Origin: Guillardia theta CCMP2712
Taxonomy: Eukaryota > Protista > Cryptophyta
Direction of reading: 5' to 3'
Length of the DNA stretch: 64,000 nt
Assembly: GCF_000315625.1 (NCBI RefSeq)
Contig: NW_005434658.1
Location: 401,139-465,138, forward strand
The position numbers were made by a program, and so were the translations under genes. This document shows positions 36,142 through 48,800 of this stretch, piece by piece. Below the pieces are notes generated by a model. The model was not told where the DNA came from. It was given only the letters and a program-made list of their open reading frames with translations, and did no database searches. Positions within the stretch are counted from its first letter, which is position 1. Each line of letters starts with the position of its first letter.

Positions 36142-37848
36142 ATGCAGCGGCTCTCTCGTTGTGCTTGGGCTCGGGTCGCCGCCAGCTTGCCATGCCGGCA
36201 TGCCGGTGAGAGCAGGTCGATGCATGTCCCTTCCATGAGGTTGTCTTGCTGTGTGCGTTGCTCAGCGTTGTGATGGGTTGTGATGCTGTCGCACAGGGAG
36301 ATAACAAGCATCGAGAACATCGCGGTGATAGGAGGGGGTTCCATAGGCAGCCTGCTATCGGGCAGGATTGCTGCTGTCAGCAGAATGAGAGACCGAGTAT
36401 GGCTGCTGACGGGCTCGAGCGAACATGCTTCGGTTCATCCATCCATGCTTGTTTGGGATGGGTGACGACCTTTCCAGGCCGTGAAGGCAGTACGAGGAAT
36501 CGTTGTCAAGGAGGAGGGGACAGTGGGTACGAAGACGATGATGGGTCAAGTCCGAGTCGCAGAGTCCTTGTCAGAGGTAGAGGACCTGAAGAGAGAATCT
36601 CAGTCTCTTTACGGGTTCGGCAAACCCAGCATAGTCTTCATCGCTGTGAAACAAGCAGGGCTGCGCAAAGCAGCCGAGCAGGCAGCAAGAGTTCTGTCAG
36701 GCTCACACGGGAGCCTTTGTATCGCTGTGATGAATGGTGTTGGGCACATGGAAGTTATTCACAAGGCGTTGAGGTTTGGCACTGTTTGCCATGCCAGATC
36801 GAACTCGATCTCTTGACTTCAGTCATTCCCAGGTACCATGATGTCTCTACAACATTGATCCAAGGGATTTATTCTGGAGGAGCATACATGATGGAGCCGG
36901 GTGTAGTCGCGCATGCAGGAAGAGGGACACTGGACGTGTGTGAATATGGATCCATCGACACCGTCAGCTCTAGCCTTCTGGAGCAGGTCTCTTCGTCGAT
37001 GATGTCACAAGGAGGTTCCGCAAAAGTTTACCGCTTCACTCCAGGCTGTGCAGCTACTGAATGACAGCGGGATACCAACTCAGATCTGTCAAGACATCCT
37101 GCAGGTTGAGCGAATGACTCTGTGAGATCAATCTTGGCGGTCACACTGCTGAGCAGCGAACATGGAGAAAAGTTTGTGTCAATGCGTCGGTATCGTGATT
37201 TCCCTCTCCCTCATTGATGCACGTGACTTTGGCTTATCTCCAGATCAATGCTCTGACAGTATGCTGCGTTCAATCTCTGTTGGCTACGTGAAGCAAACTT
37301 CTCCGCAGACAATCCTGGGAGAGAAGAACGGCTTCCTGTTAGAAAATGAAGAATCCTGCGAACTCATTCGAGGTGACAACCCATCGTTCACATTGTGAAG
37401 GTTGAGCGGCACAGCAGACATAGCCAAGGAGGGCTTCCAGGTGGCATGTGCAGTGCTTGAACGAGAGAAGGGGGCTGATTCACAGGAGCTGAGGGAGTTC
37501 GTCGAAGAAGGATGGGTTGGATTGCTTGTTGCCTGTCTTTGGCAGAATAGTGACGTTGGTCGTGCGGAGCAGGAGACATGTGCGAACCTTGCGATGAATG
37601 TAGCGCGGGATACTTGTAAGAACACAAGCAGCATGCTGGCAGATGTATGGAACTTCATGCCGGGATCCGATCGACTTTATAATTCATTTTCTCAACAGAT
37701 GCTTAAAGGGAGAATAACGGAGATCGAAGCGATCAATGGCATGATTGTCAATGAAGGCCTCAAGCATGGCATCGCAACTCCCGTCAACCTGACGCTCCTG
37801 CGGTTGATTCGTTGCATGGAGAAACGGAACCAGCAGAATTCGCCTTGA
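36142..37848 (+). CDS. panE: 2-dehydropantoate 2-reductase (ketopantoate reductase, ApbA/PanE family) with mitochondrial-type presequence; multi-exon
   Basis: IAVIGGGSIG Rossmann motif, FIAVK, MNGVG, WRKVCVNASINALT, NTSSMLAD, TEIEAING, TPVN. Arg-rich leader MQRLSRCAWARVAASL. Confidence 0.9.
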
Positions 37849-38390
37849 GTCCTCAACATCTAGAGCGAGTTTGGAGGCGGCGTTCCAAGTCAACTAATTG
37901 CACAGGCTCTCGTCTCAACATAAACAATTTGTACAGTCACAGTCTGCTTGTGTCATCAAGGCAGGACGTCAGGTTTCTTAAAGCCTTGGGACCGGAGGCG
38001 ATACTCCTGACTTCCTCTCGATGGCTATCTGTGGGGGTTTGATCCCGCCTAGCTCAAGCATTGTCACTGATGTTTTCATGTTGCTTGTTGTACATCCTCG
38101 TTGATCTGTTTGCACGATCTCGACATCATATCTTCACTTGTTACCTCTACCACTCATCTTCACTCTGGTATCCACTTGTTTTCTTCACCTGTTCTTGATT
38201 TTCTTGACTACCCCACCCCTCCATTCCTTTCTGGACTGTATACAACCCCTACCTCCTCATTCCCATATCACCACCCCTAATCATTATAAACACCCACGAC
38301 ATGCGTCTGTACCCCTACCCCTCACATTCATCCATTGGACCTGGCCTGGTTCATGTCGGGGTGGTATGACCCCCATGGGGATCGACCACT

Positions 38391-38445
38391 GGGGGGGTAA
38401 ATGACTGCCTTGTATCAGGGGTACAAGGCAGTCATTTACCCCCCC
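38391..38445. repeat. Perfect 24-bp inverted repeat with 7-nt loop
   Basis: gggggggtaaatgactgccttgta / tacaaggcagtcatttaccccccc. Confidence 0.93.
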
Positions 38446-38913
38446 CCACGTGGTACTGGTGTAGGAAGGTAGGGTGGGTGGGGCGAGGTAGGGTGTGTGG
38501 AGGAGAGGAGCCGATGGCGGCTGTGGAAGGCGCAGGTCCGTCGAAGGAGGAGGGCCGGTAACGAGCCAAGGCAGCGGGGCAGAGGGCAAGACTGTTGAAG
38601 GAGGAGGCCTGCGTTGAAGGCGCAGACGCGTTGGAAGGGTTTCCGTGGTGATACTGAGCAAGAGACAGTCCCAGGAAGTACATCTTGATACCTGAGGTTG
38701 AGCAGGTTTGTGAGTTCGCCCCGACTTGTTTCATGCTGACACCGATCATGGGCACGGCAGGTAACCATGTCGTACACTTCGCGCTCAGAACAGCGTCAGC
38801 TGGAACGAGCCATGAAGGAGAGCAGGGAGGAAATGGAGAAACAAGGCAAGAAAGCCGAGCCGGCGCCGTCGGCACCTACACCAGGGAGGAAAGCTGGGAA
38901 GGTTAAAGTGACC

Positions 38914-41261
38914 ATGGTCTGCACACCTAGTCTCTGAACTTGAATGTTTCAGACCTTGCCGAAGCAAGCAGCTCAGGCGAGAACTCCTGTCGGTAAAAAG
39001 TCGGTGCCTTCGTCTGGGAAGAAGCGAGCAAGGAAGGCGGACAGCAGCAGCAGCAGCAGCAGCTCTTCAGGGAGCGAGGACGAGTCACCTGTAATACCAG
39101 ACTCTCGTGCTCTTGTCTTGACAGTCACGTGACGGGGGGGCAGGCCCAGGAGAGCTCGAGCTCGAGCGATTCCGAGGTAGAGACGAAGAAGACGATGCCG
39201 GTCAAGAAGCGAGGCCGCGCGGCCGCTGCTCCTGTGGCACGCGACAGCGAGTCTTCCTCGGAGTTCGAAGACGAGTATGACGAGGAGTTCTTCAAGAACG
39301 AGGACGACAGGAAGTGGATGATGAGCTTGAACGAGTTGGAGCGTGAGGCCATCATCTCAGAGCGTCGAGATCAGCAGACCCTTGCTAAGGAAGCCTGGAT
39401 GGTACGGCACAAGAAGAAGAAAGAGGGCTTGAACCAAGCTCCTGCTGCCAGTGCTTCCAACTCCCAGGGCATACGTGAGCCCCACGTTCCATGCTCGTCA
39501 CAGGACTGAGCAAGTTGCAGGGTCGCGAAGGGACGTGAAGCCAGTCGATGACAAGAAGCAGCAGAAGAAGGCAGCTCTTGAGGACATGGAGGTTCGCAAG
39601 ACTCAAGACCAGTCGAAGAAGGCCAGGCTCAAGGTTGTGGAAGATGATGGCGACGACGAGGAGAGGTCTCCTCGAGGTCATGAGCGAGAAAAGCAGAGGG
39701 AAGAACCACACTTCGAGAAGACTGTGAAGCCAAGGTGTCGCTCTGTGCTTGTTGCCCATAGTACGAGGTTGACTTGATTGGAAGGCATCGTCAGATTCAA
39801 GAAGAATTCCGTGATTATCCTCGAGTTGCCTACGACAAGGTCGAGGCAGCCCGTGTGTCCCGCGACAGGCTCCTTGAGTACGTCAAGTGAGTTCGTGAAA
39901 ATCTGTGTTGTGATGGCCACTGAATGATTTTGACAGTGAACCATTCTTCGGTGAATTTGTTCAGGGACTGTTTGTTCGCGTCAATCTGGGAGAAAACAAT
40001 CTGGGAGAGACACGATACATCCTCGGCCAAATCATAGGGTTGAAGGAAGTGGACAAGAAGTACGAAGGTGTTTGCTCCAAGACGAAGCGAAAAATTCCTT
40101 TGCAGAAGGTCCTTTGTGTGACGCATGCTGGTCAACAGAAGAAGTTTCAGATGACGCTTGTCTCCAACAAACCCTTCCTGAACTCCGAGGTAGACAAATG
40201 GTGCAAAGACGTCTCGATCGAGCGCGAGAAACTCCCGACTGACGACGAGCTGGACGAGCTGAAGGCCAAGTTGGAGAAGCGATGGAAGGAGGAGTTCAGA
40301 TATGATCAGGGTGTTGTCGAGCAGATCCTGCAAGAGAAACGGAAGAAAGGAAGTACGTCAGGCAACGTTGCTCTGAATAAGCTCTGCCTTCACGATGAGA
40401 TGGAGGAGGCTTGGGAGGATTACAAGCAGCTCACCGACGCGGATCCAGATAGCAAGGACAAGGCTTATCAACGTTGGGAAGATCTTAGAGAGAAGGTGAA
40501 CGAGCTAGAAAGGAAGGAGAAGGAGCAGCAAGAATCTGCGCAGCAAGGATACAAGAGTGTGAACAAGATCAACCAGAGGAACCACCTTGCGAACCGAACA
40601 GTTTCAAAGAAGCTAGAGTCATCGAGGAACATCACATGTACAAGACACTACCAACAGACCGTTTACTTTCAGTTTGGAGGGAAGGGCGAGGACGCTGACG
40701 CCCGCAAGATCGCTGAGGACGATCGCTTCAAGGGAGAGTCGCTCAACACCACAGAACCAGCAAAGAACGGGCTGAATGTTGAGGCTGAGATCGACGACGA
40801 TGACGAGGAGGAGCGTCTTCTGCTGAGCAAGAAGTCTTCTGCTTCGTCCTCGGATGCCTCCACCTCTTCCCACTCGCTGATCAAGCAAGCGCATGCTGCT
40901 GAGCAGCTCGACCTTGAGGTCCGCCTGCTGCAGGACTGCTTGCCGCCCCTGAATTTCTCGCAGATCGACATGAGCGCTCCGAAGAAGCTAGATGAGGCCC
41001 CTATGCTCTTTCGCTCAGTCAATCCTCTAAAGCCTGTGGACAACATCAAGGTCTCCCCTCGTTCCCTGGCCTGCGTCTTCGCATCCGTCCCTTCCCTGCT
41101 CTTGGCATCCGTCTCTTTCCCTCCCTGCTCTTCTCTTCCGCTCCTTCCCCTCTTTTGTTCATTTGAACCTTTTCTGTTGACTCGAATCTCTATAGGTCAG
41201 CTCCGGGAGTGGGAAGAAACTCTCTCTGGAAGACTACAAGCGGCGTCTGCAGAAGAACTAG
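38914..41261 (+). CDS. RTF1: RTF1 (PAF1 complex, Plus3 domain); multi-exon
   Basis: DRKWMMSLNELEREAIISER, RVSRDRL, PFFGEFVQGLFVRVNLG...Y.LGQI, F.MTLVSNKPF..SE, INQRN, C-terminal LSLEDYKRR. Start approximate. Confidence 0.88.
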
Positions 41262-41456
41262 AAGCTGGAGGGAGGGATGGAGGAATGGGAGGAAGCCGCG
41301 CCTGACGATACCTGGAGGAGTCGGGCGCACTACATGATGTCACTTTGAACCCTTTTTTCTTCGTTGTCTGACATTTGGTTATTACGATCAAAAATGAAAA
41401 AAATCATCTTTTTCCGATTGACTTGCTATGTACGTTGCTTCTTACAATTACATGTC

Positions 41457-43490
41457 CTAGAGCTCTTTCCGCCACAGAGTGATCTCCTGCTGCTTGAAGT
41501 ACCGACGATCCTCCTCGTCCACTAGCACGAGGTTGAGGTAGTACCTGCAGCGATCTCATTTCTCCTCTCCCCCTCCTCCCCTTGGTCCCTGCAACTCTCA
41601 CAGCCTGCCCCTCTACCTCGTTTTCACCCCCCTCCACCCCCACCCCCGTCCCTCTCCCCCCCCCTCTCTTCTTCCATCCCTCCCTCCCTCCATCCCTCCC
41701 TTTCCTCTTCTCCTCCGAGCACTCACTTCACGCTGAACTTGTTATTCACGTTACGGTAGGTGGGAGTGAGGTCAAACCCGGACAGGAACAGCCGGACCGG
41801 AACCTGCGGCAGCCGTCTTTAGTGTCGAGTCAAGGCTGCGAGTGCCCAACGTACCGACTCGCCTCGCACAGGAGCTCCGTCCATGATCTCGAACCTGCAG
41901 GAGAAGTGAGGAGCCGCAAGAGGGTTTTGAGCAGAGGGGAAACAGGGAAGTACGAGCAGAGGCAGGAGTGTCGATTATCAAGGAGAAACTTAGTCTTGGG
42001 ATGAGGAGGAGCAGGTGGAGAGGAAGGGATGGGGAGGAGATGAGTGGATACTTAGTGATAGTCTCGCTCTCGTTGTACAGGTCAGAGCCTGAGCCTGTCG
42101 ACTCGCGTTTCCTGATCTCGATTTCCATGTGCTTGATCTTTAGACGAACCTGCAGAACTTGTTAGTCTTGGCACTTTGTCAGTCCGTCTTCAGACCAAGA
42201 GGAAATAAATCTTTCCGATGACAACGTCCTGGACAGCATGTGGGTCAGGATGGGTTGGAACAGCAAGCATGGACGGGTAGGAGGAGAGATGTGGGAGGTG
42301 TGGGATATGGGAAGCGAGACGAAGCAAAAATGTACGAGGACGAGGACGAGGACGAGGACACAGGAGGAGATCTCAAACCTTTAAGTGATACTTGGAGCGG
42401 TTGTACTCGAACTCGATGTGCAGGCAATCTTCGATTCCGACCTCCATCTTGATGCTATTGTTGATCTCAGGCTGCAAAACGTCAGGGTCCCTGAAAGTAC
42501 TCGTTCGACCTTACCGGCTGATGGAACCAAGCGATGGGAAAAGTCGGCCAAGAAGCAAAAGTCAGTCAGTCTTCATCTCATGCTCCCCCCTCTGCTCTCC
42601 TCCAACCCCCGCATGCCAAGTCGTGCAATTATCTCCCAGCCCTCTCACCATCGTCTGTACGTTCTTAACCCAGATATCCTGCTCGAACACAACATTGGGG
42701 CTACCCAGGGAAACGATTCAGTCGAGAGGAGCAGGGAGGCGGGAGAGGCACCTGTACTGCCTGGCGACAGTGACTCGGAGAAAATATCTCAGCTTCACGT
42801 TGATCCCATTGTAACTATCGTACTGTGACATTCCGATCAGCAAGGGTAGACCAGGGCATAGACAGCAACGTCATCACAGCGTGACACGATACACCACAGG
42901 TCAGATAATCCTCCTCCTCCTCCTCCTCCTCCTCAACAACAACAACAACAACATCAACATCATCATCATCATCAGCAGCAGCACCATCACCATCACCATC
43001 ACCACCTCTGCCGTCTCACCTGCTTGTCTACACTAGCAAAGTCGAACTGATACACTTTCGTCTGCGTTAATTCGCCCGGAGCGTCCAAATCGCGCACAAG
43101 ATTCGTAAACTCGTGATAATTTCCATAGAACATCTCGATCATGCCGATGAATTCTATCTTGACCCCCATGTGCTCGAGCCTCTTCCCCGGGTCCAGTTTC
43201 AACGTCACCTCTCCCGCCACAGGATCCTTGTCGGTGAAAACCAGCACCTGCTCCTGCCACCAGCCTGCTTAGCGACCGAGACAAGGAAGGGCCCTCTGCA
43301 TGCAACAAGGTTCACCTGCTGACCATCCTTGTACGATGTCACTCGCTTGCGCGAGCTCTCGTCCGAGAACGTAATCGAGGGAGTGCACGCTGGTCCCAAC
43401 CCTACAAGAGCCTGCAAGCGACTGGTCAGCCGGCACAGGACGAGGTTCGTCGTCTCGACCCACCGAAGCTCTTGAGAGGAGCTTATCCAT
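41457..43490 (-). CDS. VPS26: Retromer cargo-recognition subunit VPS26; multi-exon
   Basis: [90 protein letters not shown]. Confidence 0.96.
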
Positions 43491-43928
43491 ACTAGCAAGC
43501 CAACGTGAAGCTGCTGAAATGTCAGCAGGCCAACAAGAACGTTCGTCCCTTTTTTAAAATCATGTGTTCCCTCCTACATGAACCACCTGCAACTCGGCTG
43601 ATCGCACCATGAATCTCTGATGATGTACTTCATGCCTGGATCGTTCGGAAACATGAATTCTTCCTCGCCTGGCCTACTGCTTTCCTGCATCCCCCCGCTC
43701 AAAGGAACATGAGCGAACTCCCTGCTGATTCTTCATCTACCACTCCTCTCCTCCTCCTCCTCTCCTCCTCTCCTCCTCCTCCTCCTCCTCTCATCCTCCT
43801 CCTCCTCCTCCTCTCCTCCTCCTCTCCTCCTCCTCTCCTCCTCCTCTCCCCCTCCTCTCCTCCTCCTTTCCTCCTCCTTTGTCTTCACCCCCTCCACCGC
43901 CATCCTCGCCTCGATGACACAGCAGATA

Positions 43929-44003
43929 CCCGTTACAGAAACCGTATGTAACGGCTATGTACAATCCTATAACGAGAATGTAAAAATAAACGGTTTGTAA
44001 CGA
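43929..44003. promoter_or_regulatory. Cluster of CCGTTA/TAACG (Myb-like) sites in the divergent VPS26 / 2H phosphoesterase promoter
   Basis: ccgttac, gtaacgg, taacga, aaacgg, gtaacga within 75 bp; flanked by (CCT)n on the left and (GGA)n on the right. Confidence 0.4.
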
Positions 44004-44082
44004 TCCATCACTGCAATGTTGATGAGTCTCATGGCGATAGGGATGGCGGCGACGATGTCGGGAGGAGCGGGTCAGCGAGGTG

Positions 44083-44148
44083 AGAGGAGGAGGAGGAGGA
44101 GGAGGAGGAGGAGGAGGAGGAGGAGGAGGAGGAGGAGGAGGAGGAGGA
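44083..44148. repeat. (GGA)n microsatellite
   Basis: Read directly. Confidence 0.95.
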
Positions 44149-44427
44149 GATGAACATGCAGGGAGCAAGATGTAGAAGAGGAGAGCAAGCGTAAGTAAGT
44201 AGCAGAGTGGTGAGATCCACAAGAGGGTTGGGTACAAAAAGATACTCAGTTATCATGCAAGAGAAGCACAGCACGTCGACATGCATGTGAATATGGACGA
44301 GAGTGAAGAGTTGAGGACTGGAGACGAAGAAGATGCGAGAGACGAAGAGGATTATGTAGACCATGCCTTGGCCAAGCCAAGATGGCGGATAGAGTTGAAG
44401 TTGATTTCGCTCGCAGCGGCACTCACG

Positions 44428-45555
44428 ATGGCGAGGGGGGCGACGGCGACGTCTCAGGCCGATAGCTCTCAGGTCAGCATAGAATCTTCCACAGCCTCGG
44501 GTGTTCATCGCTGGTCATGAAGGGGAAGAAAAGAATCTTCGTCTGTGTGGAGCTCTCCGACTCAGACGTGGACGCGGTGGCCCGCACCATCGAGCTGCTG
44601 CAGTGCCAGCATCCCTGGAAGCAGCTGAGGAACCACACGCGGTGGGTGAACCCCAGGAGCTCCCACCTGACCCTGCGCTTCCTCGGAGACATGGGGGACG
44701 AGGAGATCGAAACACTGAGGTCCAAGCTCGACCTGGAGCTGGCAGCACTTGGGAACCTGGAGCCCTTCCCTCTTGCAGTAAGTCATGGCTTCCGGGGAGA
44801 GCGTGGCATGAGAAGGCTGTGCAGGCTGCGTCTCTTGGGACCTTCCAGCGGAAGGCCTGCCGTCTGTGCTGTGGCTGGGGCTGACGAACGAGACGACGAA
44901 GAAACTGCAGATGGTGGAGAGATGCGTGAGAAGGTGAGCGAGGGCGTGTGCGGGGAGGAGTCTTGTGGAGGAGGAGGAGGTGGTGGTGGTGAAGGAGGAG
45001 GAAGTGGTTGTGATTGAGGAGGAGGAGGAGGAGGTGGTGGTGGCGGCGGCGGCGGTTGTGGTGGTGGTGGAAGAGGAGGAGGAGGGGGAGGAGGAGGAGG
45101 AGGAGGAGGGGAAGCATGAAGAAGTGATGGTGAAAAGGTAAAGATAAGATTGAGGATGGAGGGAGAGTGGGGGAAGGAGATGGTTGTGGTTGTGGAGAGA
45201 GGAAGTGAGTATGTGTCTGCAGGGCAGCAGGCGGTGAGGGCGAGGAAAGGTTCTCTCCGCACATCACCCTCGCGAGATTTTCCTTCAAGGGTAGGAGACG
45301 AAGGCTCCATGCGCAGGACCTGAGCTCCTGCCGCCAGGGAGGGAGCAGGATGGGCGGACGCTTCTTCGGAAGCTCCGCACGAGCAGCGGGGAAGGCGGCC
45401 AGCAGCAAGAAGACTTCTCGAAGCTCATCAGCGGGAAGGATGGCGCGATCTTGGACTACGACGTATGATGACGATGACGATGATAGACGATGACGATTAT
45501 GATGAGAGGGAGGAGGGAGGAGGGAGGAAGGGGGGGGGGGGGGGGAGGGAAGGGT

Positions 45556-45616
<61 letters not shown>

Positions 45617-45857
45617 GTTTCACAGGTTGGTTTGATGGGCGTCGTTGATAGAGTTTGCATTATGCAATCAGAACTCTCGCGAGAAGGAGCCAAGTGAGTT
45701 GGAGTGTATCCTCTCCTCCCCACCTTAGCTCTACCGCAGGTACACCCCACTGCACATCTTGAGGTGGAAGGGCGCTGCCGATGCGGACGGAAGGGAAGCA
45801 GGAGGGGGGAGAGAGGCAGCAGCGTCTTCCTCCCTCCCTCCTACTCCACCCGACTGA
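44428..45857 (+). CDS. LigT/ThpR-type 2H phosphoesterase (RNA 2',3'-cyclic phosphodiesterase); multi-exon
   Basis: RIFVCVEL, RWV...SSHLTLRFLGD (first HxT), FSPHITLAR (second HxT), C-terminal MQSELSREGAKYTPL. Confidence 0.85.
45556..45616. repeat. (ATG)n microsatellite in an intron
   Basis: Read directly. Confidence 0.95.
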
Positions 45858-48800
45858 TGGACGAGATGGTTGCCGGCATGAAGCTCTCGGCTCCTCGCAG
45901 AGGCTGCCAGACCTGCAGGCAAAGTCTCAGCAAGAGCGTTGCTGCTCTCCAGCTCCGCCACTCACCGTGTCGACGAGCTCCCGCATGTCCATCCTCCTCC
46001 TCATCAGGCCCTGCACGCTCTTCTTCCCCTCCCTGCCACCTCAGTCACAGGACGCCCCCAGCAGGACGCCAGCAGCAGCTCACCCGTCCGTGACTGACTT
46101 CATGTCTCCTCCCACGTACAGGAAGCCGCCGGAATAGAGCATGCTGTGCACGTTTCCTTCCACCGCCGCCGCGAGCTCCTTCCAGCCCATGAAGACGCCT
46201 CCCTGCATGGGAGGATGAGCTGGGGAACATGAGAGGAGGAGGGAGGCCGCTACCTGGATGACAGTCTTGGCCATGGACAGGATCTTGAGGTTGCCGGCTC
46301 CTGTATGCCGCTGTCAGAGGGAGGAGAGAGGAGGAGGGGGAGGACTTACGCTGGAAGTCTCCTCCGATGTAGATGTTGTTGCCGTCGGTGACGACTGTAA
46401 AGTAAACCTCACATGAGCGACTGCTGCCGACCTCCCTTGCACTTGCCTGCCCGGACAGTCTGGTCGAACTCTCCCAAGCTCAGCCACTTCCCAGCCGTAA
46501 AGTCCCAGCGCACGACATTGGAGAGGATCGTATCCCCTGCTCAGGCGCCGTTCAGTCAGCTCGCACTCACTCTCTCCCCAGCTGGAGTCTACCTGAACGG
46601 TAGATCGTCCCGACAACCACGAGGCCGACGTCAGCGGAGTAGGACATGTCGTTAACCTCTGCTGCCTGCAGCCCTCCTCCTATCGCCGACCACCCCTGAG
46701 CCCCCGTCAGCATCCAGCATCCATCTATCCCCCTCTCTGACGTTGCGCCTCCCTTCCTCCGCCTTTCCTCCTCCTCCTCCACCTCCTCCTCGTCCTTCTC
46801 TTTCCCCCCCTCCTCTTCCTCCTCCTTCTCGTCCTTCTCGTTCTCGTTCTCCTGCTCCTCCTCCTCACCAGTCCATCAAACACGGCAATGTTCTGCATTG
46901 TCGTATCTCCGATGCTGTTGAATCTCCCGCCCACGTAGAGGTTGTCTCCAACCGTCACGCTGCCAGCATTTCTAAATTCTCCTCCTCCCTTCCTACCCAG
47001 CATTACCTGCAGAAAACAACACCATTCACCGCTCTCCCTCCTATGAGGCTCCAGGAAGTTCCGTTCCAGAACCCGAGCCCTCCACTCTGCAAGCCGTCGC
47101 TGACTGACGTCTGCTCCTGTTGTCAACGCTGGATTTTGACAGGGGAGAGGAGAAGCGAAGAGAGGAAAGGAGGGGAGGGGAGGGGAGAGGACCAAGGAAG
47201 GACGAAGAGGAGGGAAGATGGTAGGAGAGGTTAAAGAAAGGAAGGGAGAGGGAAGGGAGAGGGAAGGGGAAGGGAGGAGAAACCTGCTGGCGGAATATGC
47301 GGGAGAACGCTCCTCCGGCAGCGATGCCGTTCTTGTACTTGCTGAGGGAGTAGACCGGGCCGTTCAGCCCTCCTCCCACTGGGAAGTGACGGACCCCATC
47401 CCACATCACCTGCAGCTGGGGTCAGGGATCCTGCCTCCTTGCAGCCACGTCACAGACCAGGTACGAAGTCTGTCTAGACTCCGAACGGAAGGTACCTCCG
47501 TACATCACCTTGCCCTGGAAGAACTCCAGAGCTCTGCCAGGTGGAGGTCAGGTGGGCAGGAGAGAGAGAGAGTGCGAGGCGGGGAGGGATGGAAGGGGGG
47601 GGGGAAGGGAGGGGGGGCAGTACCTGACGACGCCCCTCTGGCCCAGCAGGTTGCTGGCAGAGACTTCACGCTCGGCTGCTGGACAGAAGGTGTGGGAGGA
47701 GTTGCAAGAGGCAGCCGGGGGCGAGAGGCCCGGGCCGAGGGCGAGGAGGGTCATGGTGTGGTTGGCCGACGCCTCCAGGAAGCTTCCTCCAAACATGAGG
47801 TCGGCATGCACCACCCCCTCCGAATAGGTGAAGCTCCTGCCTTCCCCGCGGTAGATGACTACTCCCAGGGGGTTGGAGGAGGAGAAGGAGGGGAGGGAGA
47901 CGGTCACGGGCATCCTCCCCGGCATGGACCCGTTGGGTGCGATGCAGGTGATCATGCTGCTGGACGCGATGCGAAGGTCCAGGCACAGCTCCCTTCCCAC
48001 GTAGACCAGCGCCTGCCGGTCCTCGAAGTTGACGTAGGGGGCCGCGTCAGCAGGGAGGGAGTCAAGGAAGTTGTTGCCGATAATGGTCATGGTCCAGCCC
48101 TGGGAGCTCCTCCCTACGCAGGGGAAGATGGAAGTGACGAGGGGCATACCGAAGACTTTCAGCCGCATGTCCACCGCAGCGCTCTCGTTCCTCCCTCCCC
48201 TCTGCGTTCCGCCGGAGTCCGCGAGCACGATGCTCATGTTGAGGGTGCCTTGGTGGTTTTGCGAGAGGTTCAGATGGAGGGAGCCTGTGTCACCCGATGA
48301 GATGGTGAAGAGGTTGAGGCGTGAAAGGGGGGGAGGAGAAGAGAAGGGGAAGAAGAGCGACTGAGAGGAGGCAAGCAAGCAGGAGGGACGAGGAGGAGGA
48401 GGAGCGGGAGGGAACAGGCAGGCATCAAACCTTCGGGAGTGATGTGCGGCAACGATCCAAGGAGAAGAGGAGTGTAGTGCAGGTTGGCGATGACGAAGGT
48501 CAAGTTCTGCCACAACTCATTCGCTGGCCCCACCTGACAACAGAGAACAGTCAACGGGCGAGCATGATGACAGGAAGGAGGGGAGAGAACAGGAGGAGGG
48601 GAGGACAGCGGCTGACACGCCTCTCAGACAGAGGACATGCTGCGCTGGTTGGGCTGAAAGACCCACCGAAATGTTGGTGAAAACTTCATCGACGACGAGG
48701 TCCTGCCGGTCGGACAGGACGGCGACCAGGGGAGAGACGGCGGCGCTGGGAGGGTTGTTGACAGGGAGGACGATGATATCAAGAGAGTGGGAGGCCTCGG

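Noticed and set aside
44515-45750. Poly-His/poly-Pro ORF on the minus strand
   Set aside because: Antisense translation of intronic microsatellites of the 2H phosphoesterase gene.
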